Below are positions 1 through 9,273 of a DNA stretch of 27,538 nucleotides, in pieces; position 1 is the stretch's first letter; each line of letters starts with the position of its first letter. The translations under genes and the position numbers were made by a program. The stretch is from positions 1-27,538 of IMG/VR virus record IMGVR_UViG_3300036987_000544. One strand, written 5' to 3'. Under the pieces are notes generated by a model. The model was given only the letters and a program-made list of their open reading frames with translations, did not search any database and was not told where the DNA came from. The stretch is from a virus. Lineage: Duplodnaviria > Caudoviricetes.

Positions 1-3000
1 CGAGAGGAAGCCCTTCAGATTCGCGTACATCTCCTCGGCCGTGGCACCGACCTCCTCGAGGGCGGAGATCTGCTCGAGCCCCGAGAGGGTCGCGGCCTTC
101 GTGATCCGGGTCTGCATGTCGACGAGCTGCTGCTCCCAGGCCCGGAGGGGGTTGTCCCGCGCGAGCTGGTCGAAAGCGACGTCGCCCCTGAGGGAGCCGA
201 GCTTTCCGAAAAGGTCCCAGGTCCGCTCGAGGAGAGCGTTCCCCCGGGTGACCCGCTCGGCCATGACGTTGAACATCCGCTCGATGGCGGCGGCGGCGTC
301 GTTCGTCGCCTTCTCGATCTCGCTGGCGTCCATCGCCCCGAAGAGCTTTCCCCAGACGCCCTCGACGTTCGACCAGTCGGCCGTGATCCCGGCCTCCTCG
401 GAGAGCGGGTTGAGGAAAACCCGCATCTTCTCCCGCACGCCCTGGAGTCCGGCGGAGAGCTTCTCCGAGAGGGTCTTGAGCTCGGTCAGGTACGACTTCA
501 CGCCTTCCCAGAACTCGGACGAGGCGTCCTGCGCCTCCTGGGCCTTCTGGAGCTGCTCGTCCCCGGAGTACAGGTCCAGCTCGCCGAAGAGGTCCGCGAG
601 GTCCTGCGCCCGCTTCCCGAGGGCCGAGGCGGACCCGGCCGCTTCCTCGTCGGCCCACCCCTGCTTCAGCTCCGCGAAGGTCTTCCCCATCTCGAGCCCG
701 AGCTCCCGGACCCCGACGACGAAGCCCACGATGCCGGTGATGTAGTCGAGGAGCTTCGCTGGGTCCTCGGTGGAGATGCGCCGAGCGAGATCCTCGATCG
801 CCCTTTCGGTGAAGCCCAGCCCGGCGAGCATCTTCGGGATGGCGGCCTCGGGGTCGTAGAGCTGCTTCTCGATCCAGTCCCCGGCGTTGTTCATCCCGGG
901 GGCGCGCCAGTCGATTCCGGGGGTGCCGCCCTTCCTGTCTCGGTCCCCGACCGGCAGGTAGCCCTTCTGCCCGAAGGCGGCCGACAGGCCGATGCGCGGA
1001 AGGAGCTTTCCGAGGACGTACTCGTAGTTCTGCTGGATATGCTCGTCGGAGCCGGCGGAGATGGTGACGTAGGCCGCGTTCAGGGAGGCGTGGAGCGCCT
1101 TCTTGTAGACCTCGAGCAGCTCTCGCGCCTGGTCCTTCGCCCCGAGCCGGAAGAGGTCGGCGAAGGCTGCGGTCTGCTTCCCGAGGACGTTGTGCCCCTC
1201 CCGCTCGAAAGGCGACGACGGGGTGTGCCGGTAGGTCTCGTAGTGCCCCGGGGTACGCTCGCCCGTCTCCGGGTCCTTCGTCCCCCAGACCCACCCCTGG
1301 TAGGAGCCCGGGAGCATGTTGGAGAGGTTCCCCTTCAGGTGCTTCTCGGTGTTCTTGTTGAAGACTCCCCCGATGATCGCCCCGATGATCGCCCCGATGA
1401 TGGTCCCGACGATCGGCAGGACGGACCCGATCGCGGCGCCCGTCGCGGTCGTCGCGGCGGCGGTGACGGCCGCCCCGGCGAGAGTCCCAGCGTAGAGCCC
1501 ACCCATGGCCCCGACGGCCCCGCCGACCTGATTCCCGATCCCGCCGGCCCCGATGTAGCCGCCGATCCCGTAGCCGGCCATGCCCGCGCCGAGGTAACCC
1601 GCGACGCCCGGCTTGCCGCCGGTCCCTTGGCCGTTCGCCGTCATGACCTCGCCGTTGGGGCCGTAGCTGACCGTGCTGAACGCCTTGCCGGTGTATCCGG
1701 ACTGAGACATCGCGAGCTGGTTCTTTATCCAGCGCTGGAGCATGTCCGAGAGGAACCGGGAGAAGGACTGGAGGAGCGACTGCCAGAGGTTCTTGAAGAC
1801 GTCCTTCAGGTTGTCGAGCCGGCCCGAGAGGACGTTGTAGAAGAGGTCATCGAAGGAGCGGGCCATCGAGGACCAGACCCCCTGCACGGCCGACGCGGCG
1901 GACTCGGCGGCGGTTGGGATCTCGGCCATGATCCCGTAGAGCGCCCCGAGGGCCCCCTCGCGGTAGTTCTTCCCGAACCGGATCATGGCCTCGGAGAGCT
2001 CCCGGAGCCCCTCCCGGGCCGACGTGACGCCGCTGCCGACGCGGGCCTTGATGTCCTCGGCCATCTCCCGCCAGTCGCCGCGCACGATCGCGAGCCGGAG
2101 CTTGTTCTCGCGAACGAGCTTCGCGGTCTCCGCCTCCTCGGCTACGCTGACGGCCCGGATCGCCGCCTGGATCTGCGCGAGGGCATCCCCTGCCAGAGGG
2201 TTCGCCTTCGCACCGGCGAGGTCCTTGTTCATGTCCTCGCGGAGCTTCCGGTACCTCTCCCTCAGCCCGAGCATCTGGGCCTCGAGCTCGCGCCCTTCCG
2301 ATTCGAGCGTCGTCTGGATCGCCTGCGTCTCGACGTCGCGATACTTGGCCCAGGCGCTCCGCGCCCACTCCGCCATCTCCGCGCCCCGGCGCTCGAGTGC
2401 CTGCCTGATACGGTCCGAGTAGAGCCGGATCTTCTCGACCGCGGCGCTGTCGGTAGCGGCGAGCTGCGCCCGCTCCTGCTCGAGCGCCGCGACCGTCTCA
2501 CGCGCCTTCGAGGAGATGGCCGCAACCTCCTTCGCCCCTCCCTCGAGCCACGTCTGGGCGATCGCGGTGCTCTCCTTAGCCAGCTCGAGCCGCTGTTTGG
2601 CGAGCTCGTTTCTGTAGTCGTTGAACGCCTTCGCCTGTTCCGCTTTCCAGAGGTCTACACGCGCCCCGACCTGCGTGAGGATGGCCCTCTTCTCGTCCTC
2701 CGTCGTCGCCTCGCCCATCGCGGTGCGCAGGGACGCCATGTCCCCGAGGTAACCGGCTCTCGCCTTCGTCAGCGCCGCCGAGAGCCCGGTCTGTCCGAGC
2801 GCGGTGATCTGCCCCCGGATCTTCTCGACCGCGTCGGCGTACTTCTGGAGGACGGTCGGGTCGGCCGCCTGCTGGTTCGCCTTGAAGGCATCACGCCCCA
2901 CCTGACTGATCTCGCGCAGCTTCGCGACGACCTCGTCGGCCGTCAGGTTGTGCGTACGGTAGGCCTTCTCGATGTCCAGGATGCTGAGCGCGAGCGAATG

Positions 3001-4434
3001 GTTCCCGCGCGCCGAGGCGCTATCCACGGCGGCGCGGAGGGTGTCAGCGACGGTCCCTCCCTGGACGTCCGCGAGGACTTGGCTATCCGTCCTGGAGTCG
3101 CCCCATCGCTTCGCGGCGATGACACGCTGATCCCACGAACCGATCTTGTCGCCGATTTCCTTGGCGATCTGGTTCGAGAGGTAGACGAGGGCGGCGCCGA
3201 TTGCGGCTGTCGCAGCCGCCACGGCTCCGGTTGCGGCCGCAGCCGCTCCCGCGGCGCCGGTACCCGCCGCAGCACCCGCCGCGGTCGCCGCGGCCCCCGC
3301 CCCTCCGCTCCCGAACGCCTTCGCTGCGGCGCTCGCGACCATGGCGGCCTTTGCGGCCGTCTCGACTGCGGCGAACGCTTTCGCCACTGCCCAGAGCCCG
3401 ATCGCCCATGCCCCGACGGAATCGTTGACCTTCGTCAGGAGGCCGAGAATTCCCGTGAGGACGTCGAGCAGCGGCGAGAACGCGGCCCCGGCCTTCGCCC
3501 CCGCCCCCAGGAACGACGCGACGAACGCTACCGATGTCGCGAGGAGCGGAGTCAGCTTCGCCAGGATGATGCTCAGGGAGTCCCCGAAGTCCCGCACGCG
3601 GGCGACCAGCTCGCGGTTGAACTGCGCGAGGAGGTTCCCCTTGGCATCATTTCCGAAGGTGACGAACTGATCGGAGAGCACTCCGACGGTCTTCTTCATC
3701 TGCTCGTAGAACGGCTGGAGCCCCTCGCCGAGCACCTGCTGGAGGGCATCCTTCAGGTTGGAGACCCGCCCGGTGAGACTCTCCGTCGCGGCCTGCGCGG
3801 CGCGGGAGTAGGACTCCGTCTTCTCCCGGATGAAGTCCATCATGGTCCCCAGGCGCTTGTGCTCTTCGATCTGATCCTTCGTGATCTGGAGGGTCTGAAG
3901 GAGACGACCACGCACGACGTCTCCGTTGAAGAACTGCCGGATCTCGACGGCGAGCTGAGCCATCGGAAGCGAAGCGGCGGCGGCGACCTGCGTGAGGCGC
4001 TGCGTGGCCTCGGCCGTGTCCTTGAGCGCGATACCGGCCCGGGTCATCGGCGCGACGCCCACCTGGAACGCCTCGACCATCTCTCCGTACTGCGCCGTCG
4101 TCGTGAGGGCCGCGGTCTTGAGCTGGAGCTGGATGTCGGTCGAAAGCCGAAGTGCAGCCTGCCACGCAGCCTCGCCCTTGAGCGCCTCCCCCGTCGCGCC
4201 GGAGAACGTGTGGAGCGACCCCACGATCCCGGCGATCCCGATGCGGGTGTCCTCGAGCACGGTGTTGAAGGCGATCCCCTCCCGGACGAGCTGCGCGATC
4301 CCGGCAATCCCGACAGAGACCCCCGCGAGGGCCCCGAGCTCGCGGATGAGGCCGCGAAGCTGCCCCGATACGCCAGAGATGACGTTCGAGGCCCTGTCGT
4401 CCGCCCGCAGGCTGATCTCTTCGGTGAAGCTCAC
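1..4434 (-). CDS. Tail tape measure protein (3' end outside window)
   Basis: GTG at 4434 gives MSFTEEISLRADDRASNVISGVSGQLRGLIRELG. The frame is open at all spot-checked positions and at base 1 (LEEVGATAEEMYANLKGFLS). Ala/Gly/Glu-rich helical sequence with a Gly-zipper (IVGTIIGAIIGAIIGG), directly after the tail chaperones. Not in the ORF track because it has no stop in the window. Confidence 0.9.
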   Translation of the reverse strand, partial: MSFTEEISLRADDRASNVISGVSGQLRGLIRELGALAGVSVGIAGIAQLVREGIAFNTVLEDTRIGIAGIVGSLHTFSGATGEALKGEAAWQAALRLSTDIQLQLKTAALTTTAQYGEMVEAFQVGVAPMTRAGIALKDTAEATQRLTQVAAAASLPMAQLAVEIRQFFNGDVVRGRLLQTLQITKDQIEEHKRLGTMMDFIREKTESYSRAAQAATESLTGRVSNLKDALQQVLGEGLQPFYEQMKKTVGVLSDQFVTFGNDAKGNLLAQFNRELVARVRDFGDSLSIILAKLTPLLATSVAFVASFLGAGAKAGAAFSPLLDVLTGILGLLTKVNDSVGAWAIGLWAVAKAFAAVETAAKAAMVASAAAKAFGSGGAGAAATAAGAAAGTGAAGAAAAATGAVAAATAAIGAALVYLSNQIAKEIGDKIGSWDQRVIAAKRWGDSRTDSQVLADVQGGTVADTLRAAVDSASARGNHSLALSILDIEKAYRTHNLTADEVVAKLREISQVGRDAFKANQQAADPTVLQKYADAVEKIRGQITALGQTGLSAALTKARAGYLGDMASLRTAMGEATTEDEKRAILTQVGARVDLWKAEQAKAFNDYRNELAKQRLELAKESTAIAQTWLEGGAKEVAAISSKARETVAALEQERAQLAATDSAAVEKIRLYSDRIRQALERRGAEMAEWARSAWAKYRDVETQAIQTTLESEGRELEAQMLGLRERYRKLREDMNKDLAGAKANPLAGDALAQIQAAIRAVSVAEEAETAKLVRENKLRLAIVRGDWREMAEDIKARVGSGVTSAREGLRELSEAMIRFGKNYREGALGALYGIMAEIPTAAESAASAVQGVWSSMARSFDDLFYNVLSGRLDNLKDVFKNLWQSLLQSFSRFLSDMLQRWIKNQLAMSQSGYTGKAFSTVSYGPNGEVMTANGQGTGGKPGVAGYLGAGMAGYGIGGYIGAGGIGNQVGGAVGAMGGLYAGTLAGAAVTAAATTATGAAIGSVLPIVGTIIGAIIGAIIGGVFNKNTEKHLKGNLSNMLPGSYQGWVWGTKDPETGERTPGHYETYRHTPSSPFEREGHNVLGKQTAAFADLFRLGAKDQARELLEVYKKALHASLNAAYVTISAGSDEHIQQNYEYVLGKLLPRIGLSAAFGQKGYLPVGDRDRKGGTPGIDWRAPGMNNAGDWIEKQLYDPEAAIPKMLAGLGFTERAIEDLARRISTEDPAKLLDYITGIVGFVVGVRELGLEMGKTFAELKQGWADEEAAGSASALGKRAQDLADLFGELDLYSGDEQLQKAQEAQDASSEFWEGVKSYLTELKTLSEKLSAGLQGVREKMRVFLNPLSEEAGITADWSNVEGVWGKLFGAMDASEIEKATNDAAAAIERMFNVMAERVTRGNALLERTWDLFGKLGSLRGDVAFDQLARDNPLRAWEQQLVDMQTRITKAATLSGLEQISALEEVGATAEEMYANLKGFLS

Positions 4435-4437
4435 GGC

Positions 4438-4851
4438 TCAGTCCTCCGCGTCCTCTCGTTCCTTCCGGCGCTCCTCCTGGATCGCGAGGGCCTCCGCCGC
4501 GGCGACCCGCACGAGGCGGAACACGCCCGGCGTGACCTCGATTCGCAGGAACCCGGAGACGGCCGCGAGAGCGTTGACGTCGAGGGCGTACGGGCCGTTG
4601 AAGCCGGCGCGCCACTGGTCTCCGGCGGCCCGGAAGAGAGAAAGGGCGTCGGCCGCGTCCGGGGACAGAGCGCGGCCGATCCCCTCCAGCTCGATCTCCC
4701 GCGCGCAGCGACCTCGCGTCTCGCGACACGGCCCCTCGTCCTCCTCGGCCCCCCGGACCCCGAGGTCCATCCGAGCGAGGAAGCGGCAGTCGTCGCAAGG
4801 CGGGCGGCCGTCGGCGCGGTAGTCAATCCGGACCGCCCTCTTCAGTTTCCC
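4438..4851 (-). CDS. Tail assembly chaperone, -1 frameshift extension (gpT-like, DUF1799-like)
   Basis: The -1 frame after the slippery site reads KLKRAVRIDY...DQWRAGFNGPYALDVNAL. QWR-x-G-x-x-G-x-x-x-LD resembles the DUF1799 motif, and the gene lies just upstream of the tape measure gene. Confidence 0.8.
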   Translation of the reverse strand, partial: GKLKRAVRIDYRADGRPPCDDCRFLARMDLGVRGAEEDEGPCRETRGRCAREIELEGIGRALSPDAADALSLFRAAGDQWRAGFNGPYALDVNALAAVSGFLRIEVTPGVFRLVRVAAAEALAIQEERRKEREDAED

Positions 4852-5168
4852 GCGTCGAGCTCGAAGCCGGCGCTCTCGGCCTTTTTGACTTCCTTCGCCC
4901 TGGCGAGGACGTACTCCGGGAGGCCGGGGGTGCGCTTGATGACGGCCCGGGCCTCGCCCGGCTTCTTGTCGCGGAGCGGCTCCTCGCCGGAGCTCGTCTT
5001 CCACGAGACGATCGCGATGCGCGCCAGCTCGGCGCCGAACTCGACGTCGTTGGCGACCGCCCCGTCGGGGCTCTTCCTCGCGTCGACGTTCCGGGCCGCC
5101 TCCTGGTAGAGCTGGTCCGTGATCGCCGCGATGTCGAGCGTGTGTCCGTGCTTGGTCGTGAATTCCAT
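4842..5168 (-). CDS. Tail assembly chaperone (gpG-like)
   Basis: 108 aa ORF with strong SD (GAAGGAGG) between tail tube and tape measure genes; ends GCG GGA AAC TGA. Confidence 0.8.
   Translation of the reverse strand: MEFTTKHGHTLDIAAITDQLYQEAARNVDARKSPDGAVANDVEFGAELARIAIVSWKTSSGEEPLRDKKPGEARAVIKRTPGLPEYVLARAKEVKKAESAGFELDAGN
4845..4851 (-). other. Programmed -1 ribosomal frameshift slippery site G GGA AAC
   Basis: X XXY YYZ heptamer in the correct phase immediately before the chaperone stop; the -1 frame is open to 4438. Analogous to lambda G/GT (GGGAAAG). Confidence 0.85.
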
Positions 5169-5253
5169 CTGGGCCCTCCTTCAAGGGGATGGGCGGTCGG
5201 CGTCCTTCTTTCCCGGGAGGGACAGGACGCCCGGACGCCGCCGCCCTCCCGGT

Positions 5254-6231
5254 TCAGTACTTCGTGCCGGGGATGCCGTTCTTGATGACGAACTTCGCCT
5301 GGGTGGCCTCGGCGCCGTCCTTCGAGGCGGTGAAGGGCAGCGAGAGAACGACGCTCTTGGGAGTCGAGGCCTTCGGGAAGGACCGCTGCAGCTTGACGCG
5401 CGGCATGACGAACTGCAGGCCCCGCGTCGCCGACAGGTACCACTCGAAGTCGAACGCGACGTAGACGCCGGACGCCGTCTTCGCCCAGAAGGTCGCCGGG
5501 TCGTCGAAGTAGACGTCGACGGTCCCGGTCAGCTTCTGCGTCCCGGCGGGGGCGGAGAGGCGCTCGCCATCGGACCCGATGCCGCGGACGTCGCGATCGA
5601 CGTCGTTGGCGAAGTTGACCTGAAGGCGCGTGATCTGCCCGACCGGGGAGCCGTCGAAGAGGACGCGGGAGGCCGTGAGGAGCCTGTGGTGAAGCTCGGT
5701 GCCTCCCGTCCAGTCGTCGGGCGCCGTGAAATGCGGCGTCGGCGAGAGCGGCAGGACCTTCTTCCCGACGTAGCCGAGCTGGACCTGGAAGAAGCCCTTG
5801 TTGCGGATCTCGAACCCCTTCGTGTCGAGGACGGCGCCGACCATGACCTTGTACTGCGGCGTGTCCGTGGCGAAGGGGACCTCGATCGTGTGCGCCGGCA
5901 GCGCCCCGGCGGCGGTCTTCCCCGTGTGCAGGTAGTCGGACGGGTCGCCCGAGCTGGCGAGCGAGCGCGTGATCGCCTTCGCGAACATCGGGGCGCTCTC
6001 GAGCGTCAGGTTGTGGCGAAGCGTTCCGGAGGCTTCGACATCGCCCTCGACGGCGTCCTTCGCGTTCGCGTCGTCGCTGAAGGAGTCGCTCGGGATCTGC
6101 TCGACCGTGCCGTCGAGGTCCTCGCCGACGATGGCGATCTTCCGACCCGAGTTGGTCGGAGCGATCGTGTCGAAGTCCGCCTGGAGGCCGATGACGGCGT
6201 AGGACTTTGAACCGGGGGGGATGTTCGCCAT
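5254..6231 (-). CDS. Tail tube (major tail) protein
   Basis: 325 aa beta-rich ORF with SD (AAAGGAG) between the putative tail terminator and the chaperones; no sheath gene adjacent. Confidence 0.75.
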   Translation of the reverse strand: MANIPPGSKSYAVIGLQADFDTIAPTNSGRKIAIVGEDLDGTVEQIPSDSFSDDANAKDAVEGDVEASGTLRHNLTLESAPMFAKAITRSLASSGDPSDYLHTGKTAAGALPAHTIEVPFATDTPQYKVMVGAVLDTKGFEIRNKGFFQVQLGYVGKKVLPLSPTPHFTAPDDWTGGTELHHRLLTASRVLFDGSPVGQITRLQVNFANDVDRDVRGIGSDGERLSAPAGTQKLTGTVDVYFDDPATFWAKTASGVYVAFDFEWYLSATRGLQFVMPRVKLQRSFPKASTPKSVVLSLPFTASKDGAEATQAKFVIKNGIPGTKY

Positions 6232-6314
6232 GGTGGGTGCTCCTTTCTGAGCTCGTCAGATCGATCGGAAATCGGCCTCAGCGAGGCCGGTGCTTGAGTC
6301 CTCGAGACCGGGGT

Positions 6315-6758
6315 TCACTCCCCGACCCTCACGCGCAGCTCGACGTACAGGACGCCGGCTACCGCGTCGTCCTCGACGTCCTCGACTTCCTCGTGGACGA
6401 CCTCCCAGGACCAGAGAGGCACGATCGCGGAGCGAGTCCCGTGGATCCGGTCCGCTACGCGCCCGAGGATCTCCATGACGCTCTCAAGCGCCGACGGCCG
6501 ATCGCGTCCGGAGCGGTCGACGATGCCGACCTCCCAGCGGGTGTCCGCGTAGTAGACGGTCGTGCCCATCGACTCGTCCTCGACCCGCTGGAAGCCGCGG
6601 TAGGCGACGCCGACGGCCGGGAGGTTTCCGTTCGCGTCCCGCTGGACCAGCTCGCGGACGGACTGCGAGGCGCAGACCTCGGCGACGCCGGCCTCGTCCT
6701 CCCCCCGGATGATCGCGAGCAGCTCGGCCTGGGCTGCCAGGCGCACGTCGATCGCCAC
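6315..6758 (-). CDS. Putative tail terminator/completion protein (Mu gp37-like position)
   Basis: GTG at 6758 after GGAGGGG gives MAIDVRLAAQAELLAIIRG...NLPAVGVAYRG...VLYVELRVRV; size, acidity and synteny fit. Confidence 0.6.
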   Translation of the reverse strand: MAIDVRLAAQAELLAIIRGEDEAGVAEVCASQSVRELVQRDANGNLPAVGVAYRGFQRVEDESMGTTVYYADTRWEVGIVDRSGRDRPSALESVMEILGRVADRIHGTRSAIVPLWSWEVVHEEVEDVEDDAVAGVLYVELRVRVGE

Positions 6759-6759
6759 G

Positions 6760-7524
6760 TCAGCCCCTCCGTCCTTTCGGGGTGCCACCACTCGCCGCGA
6801 AGGCCGGCGCGTTGCCCCCGGCGGCGTACCACTCGACGTACTTCTGCGCCAGGAAGCGCACCCAGGGAGCCCGCCACCGCAGGTACCAGAACGCAGGAAC
6901 CCGGACGCTCCGGACGGCGGCGGCGATGCGCTCAACGGTCTTCGTGCGCGGCTGCCAGCGCGCGCTCGGGAGTCCGAGTCGACGCCGCTCCTTTCGCTGC
7001 GCCGCCGTCACGGAGCGGACGCGGCTCTTCCGGTAGATCCCGGGCCCCTCCGGCCCGAAGAGGAAGAAGCTGCCCGGGTACGCCGCCCGGATCCCGGCGG
7101 CGCCTCGCGGCCAGGCGCGGACCTCCGAGGGGGTCAGGGGCGGGTTCAGCGGCAGCAGGAGGAACTTCCCCTTCGGCCGGATGACCCCGCCGCGGTTCAG
7201 GATGCGGGCGTACTTGACGTTGGTCCCAGCAGCCATGCCGCTCGCCGACGCGCGGTAGGAGATGCTGTTCCGGAGCCGCCCGGTGTCGCGGAGAGCCTCT
7301 CCGCCGCGCCGGTACCCTCGCGGCCAGGAGGACGCCGGCGGCCACCCCCCGACGTTCTCGCGCAACCCGCGCTGAACGAGGTTCATCGCGTGGTGGCCGA
7401 GGAGGGCGTAGGCCTGGGCGCGGTTCCGCCCCCGTTTCACCATGGCGTTGAGCCGGCGCGCCATCGCATCCGCGCCCCCGGAGGAGGCTGCGAAAACGCC
7501 GATGCCGACCCGGTCGCCGCTCAT
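6760..7524 (-). CDS. Phage virion morphogenesis protein (Mu gpG-like)
   Basis: Family motif LRDTGRLRNSISY...GTNVKYARILNRGG; basic protein; follows the gp36-like gene. Confidence 0.85.
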   Translation of the reverse strand: MSGDRVGIGVFAASSGGADAMARRLNAMVKRGRNRAQAYALLGHHAMNLVQRGLRENVGGWPPASSWPRGYRRGGEALRDTGRLRNSISYRASASGMAAGTNVKYARILNRGGVIRPKGKFLLLPLNPPLTPSEVRAWPRGAAGIRAAYPGSFFLFGPEGPGIYRKSRVRSVTAAQRKERRRLGLPSARWQPRTKTVERIAAAVRSVRVPAFWYLRWRAPWVRFLAQKYVEWYAAGGNAPAFAASGGTPKGRRG

Positions 7525-8153
7525 TACCAGTTCGACTCCGGGTGGTTGACCGGGCCGAAGACCGCCGGCTCGCTTCCCGAGAGGGCCTCGACTTCGTCGG
7601 GCTCGGTGGTTTCGCTGACGCGACCGAAGGAGAAGTCGCCCTTCTTCACCCCTTCGAGCCAGCGGAGCGCTGTCTTGTACTCGAGATCGAGCGCTTCGTA
7701 GACGCCGAGCTCGCGCCGGCCGCGGAGTGCGACCTTCGCGAGGGTGATGCAGATGGGCTCGAGGAGGACGAGGTCCTCGGCCGAGATGTTCTCGGGGACG
7801 TACCGGGCGATCGTCGCGGAGGCGCTCCGGAGCGCCCCGTCGATGACCGTCAGGTTGATAGCCCGCTTGTCGGCCGACGCGGAGACCATCCCAGCCGTCG
7901 GCGCCACTTCGAAGACGACCTCGTCGGCCTCCTCCGCCCCGGTGCCGCTCGAAAGGGCCCAGCCGTCGGCGACCTCCTCGCCGTCGATGAAGACCTTGAG
8001 GGCCGTCGACTCGGCGAATGGCGCCTCGAACCGCGCCTTCGTCCCGTCCGCTCTGCCCAGCCGCGCGCGCCGGAGAGGATCGTTCGAGAGCTGCGCCTGC
8101 GCGTCCTGCGAGAGGGCGCGGATGAGCGAGGCGCGGGAGGCGTAGAGGGTCAC
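7524..8153 (-). CDS. Head-tail adaptor, Mu gp36/DUF1320-like, with internal insertion
   Basis: YASRASLI...VIDGALRSASATIARY...LLEPICITLAKVAL...YKTALRWLEGVKKG matches the DUF1320 pattern. Confidence 0.8.
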   Translation of the reverse strand: MTLYASRASLIRALSQDAQAQLSNDPLRRARLGRADGTKARFEAPFAESTALKVFIDGEEVADGWALSSGTGAEEADEVVFEVAPTAGMVSASADKRAINLTVIDGALRSASATIARYVPENISAEDLVLLEPICITLAKVALRGRRELGVYEALDLEYKTALRWLEGVKKGDFSFGRVSETTEPDEVEALSGSEPAVFGPVNHPESNW

Positions 8154-8623
8154 TAGACCAGCCTCCGGACGCCTCTGAGGTCGGCCCGGTATCGGATGGG
8201 CTGGAGCTGGACGAAGGCCTTCGGGTTATCTCCCTTCGTCGAGGAGCCCCCGCCGTTCGCCCCGATCGTCACTCCGAACCCAAGGCAGACGGTGACGTGT
8301 GTGATGCGGCCGCCGGTGCCGTAGAAGGCCAGATCGCCGAGTCGGGCCTCGGACTCGTCCACCGGCTTCGCGAGGCTCCAGAGGGTCGCCGCTGTGCGGT
8401 CGGGAGCCTTCGCGTCGAGCATCCCGAGGCGGACCAGGGCCGCCTGGGCAAAGCCGCTGCAGTCGAAGCCGCGGCCGCCGTCGACGCCTCGAGGGAGAGG
8501 GTTCGGCGGCCACTCGCCGCCCCCGTGCGCGGGCGTCCCCCCGCCCCAACAGTACGGGAGGCCCCACGCGAGGAGGAGCTCCGAAACCTTCGGGTCGAAG
8601 ACGTCGAGGCGGGGCGGGATCAT
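8153..8623 (-). CDS. NlpC/P60 family peptidoglycan peptidase (putative endolysin)
   Basis: GLPYCWGG, GFDCSGF (catalytic Cys), LGDLAFY and THV (catalytic His) motifs; no obvious signal peptide. Confidence 0.9.
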   Translation of the reverse strand: MIPPRLDVFDPKVSELLLAWGLPYCWGGGTPAHGGGEWPPNPLPRGVDGGRGFDCSGFAQAALVRLGMLDAKAPDRTAATLWSLAKPVDESEARLGDLAFYGTGGRITHVTVCLGFGVTIGANGGGSSTKGDNPKAFVQLQPIRYRADLRGVRRLV

Positions 8624-9009
8624 CTCCCCCCCCTCCGGAGCTGCGTCTCGAGCCGGATCACGATTTCGCGCGTCTCCTCGACCTTCCTCTGCAGCGTGTC
8701 GAGCTGGGTCTGGAGCCGTCGCTTCTCGTCGCCGTCTACGGTGTGCGTCACGCCCATCCGCTCCATCGCGCGGACGAGCTGCGAGTGCGCCTCGGGGTCG
8801 CGGTTATGGCTCGCGAGCTCCTCGCGGACCGCGGCCTTGAAGACGAAATTCGCGACGGCGCCGACGCTCGTCCCCCCGGTCAGCATCCCGCCGACGAGCG
8901 CGATCGCGGCCATCTTCTCCGTCACGACGCGCGGCGCCCGGCCACTGCGAAAGTGCCGGAACTCGACGTCCGGGCCGCCCTCGGAAGGGACGCGGTCGCC
9001 CGGCATCAC
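8620..9009 (-). CDS. Hypothetical protein with one hydrophobic segment and C-terminal coiled coil
   Basis: MAAIALVGGMLTGGTSVGAVANFVF followed by RLQTQLDTLQRKVEETREIVIRLETQL; 4-bp overlaps with both neighbours. Confidence 0.65.
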   Translation of the reverse strand: MMPGDRVPSEGGPDVEFRHFRSGRAPRVVTEKMAAIALVGGMLTGGTSVGAVANFVFKAAVREELASHNRDPEAHSQLVRAMERMGVTHTVDGDEKRRLQTQLDTLQRKVEETREIVIRLETQLRRGGR

Positions 9010-9269
9010 GCGTCTCCCCCGGGCGGCGCGTCGGCCTGCGGGGCCTCCTGGGCAGGGGCGAGGAGCCAGCCCGAAATGATCGTGCGTGCGCTCTTACGCC
9101 CCCAGCCGCCGATGCCGGCGACGACGAAGAGGACGAGCGTCCGCCAGGACACCTCGCCCGCGGTCGCCCAGGACACGAGGGCGTCCGCCAGAGCGATGAC
9201 GAGGCCCGTGTAGGCCCCGACCATGCCCTTCGACCTCCACCAGGGGACCGGAGGCTGCGTCGTCGTCAC
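9006..9269 (-). CDS. Putative holin
   Basis: GTG at 9269; about 87 aa with N-terminal PWWRSK motif, two hydrophobic segments and a GR motif; two genes upstream of the NlpC/P60 enzyme. Confidence 0.6.
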   Translation of the reverse strand: MTTTQPPVPWWRSKGMVGAYTGLVIALADALVSWATAGEVSWRTLVLFVVAGIGGWGRKSARTIISGWLLAPAQEAPQADAPPGGDA

Positions 9270-9273
9270 GGCG

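Noticed and set aside
1369-1417. 12-bp tandem repeat CCCGATGATCGC
   Set aside because: Encodes the GAII glycine-zipper of the tape measure protein; ordinary.
1039-5109. 1356-aa plus-strand ORF
   Set aside because: Codon-aligned antisense shadow of the tape measure gene; Arg/Gly/Leu-rich with no motifs, unlike the intein-internal plus ORF.
4852-5184. N-terminal part of the 248-aa ORF 4438-5184
   Set aside because: Overlaps the gpG-like chaperone in another frame; only the part after the slippery site looks coding.
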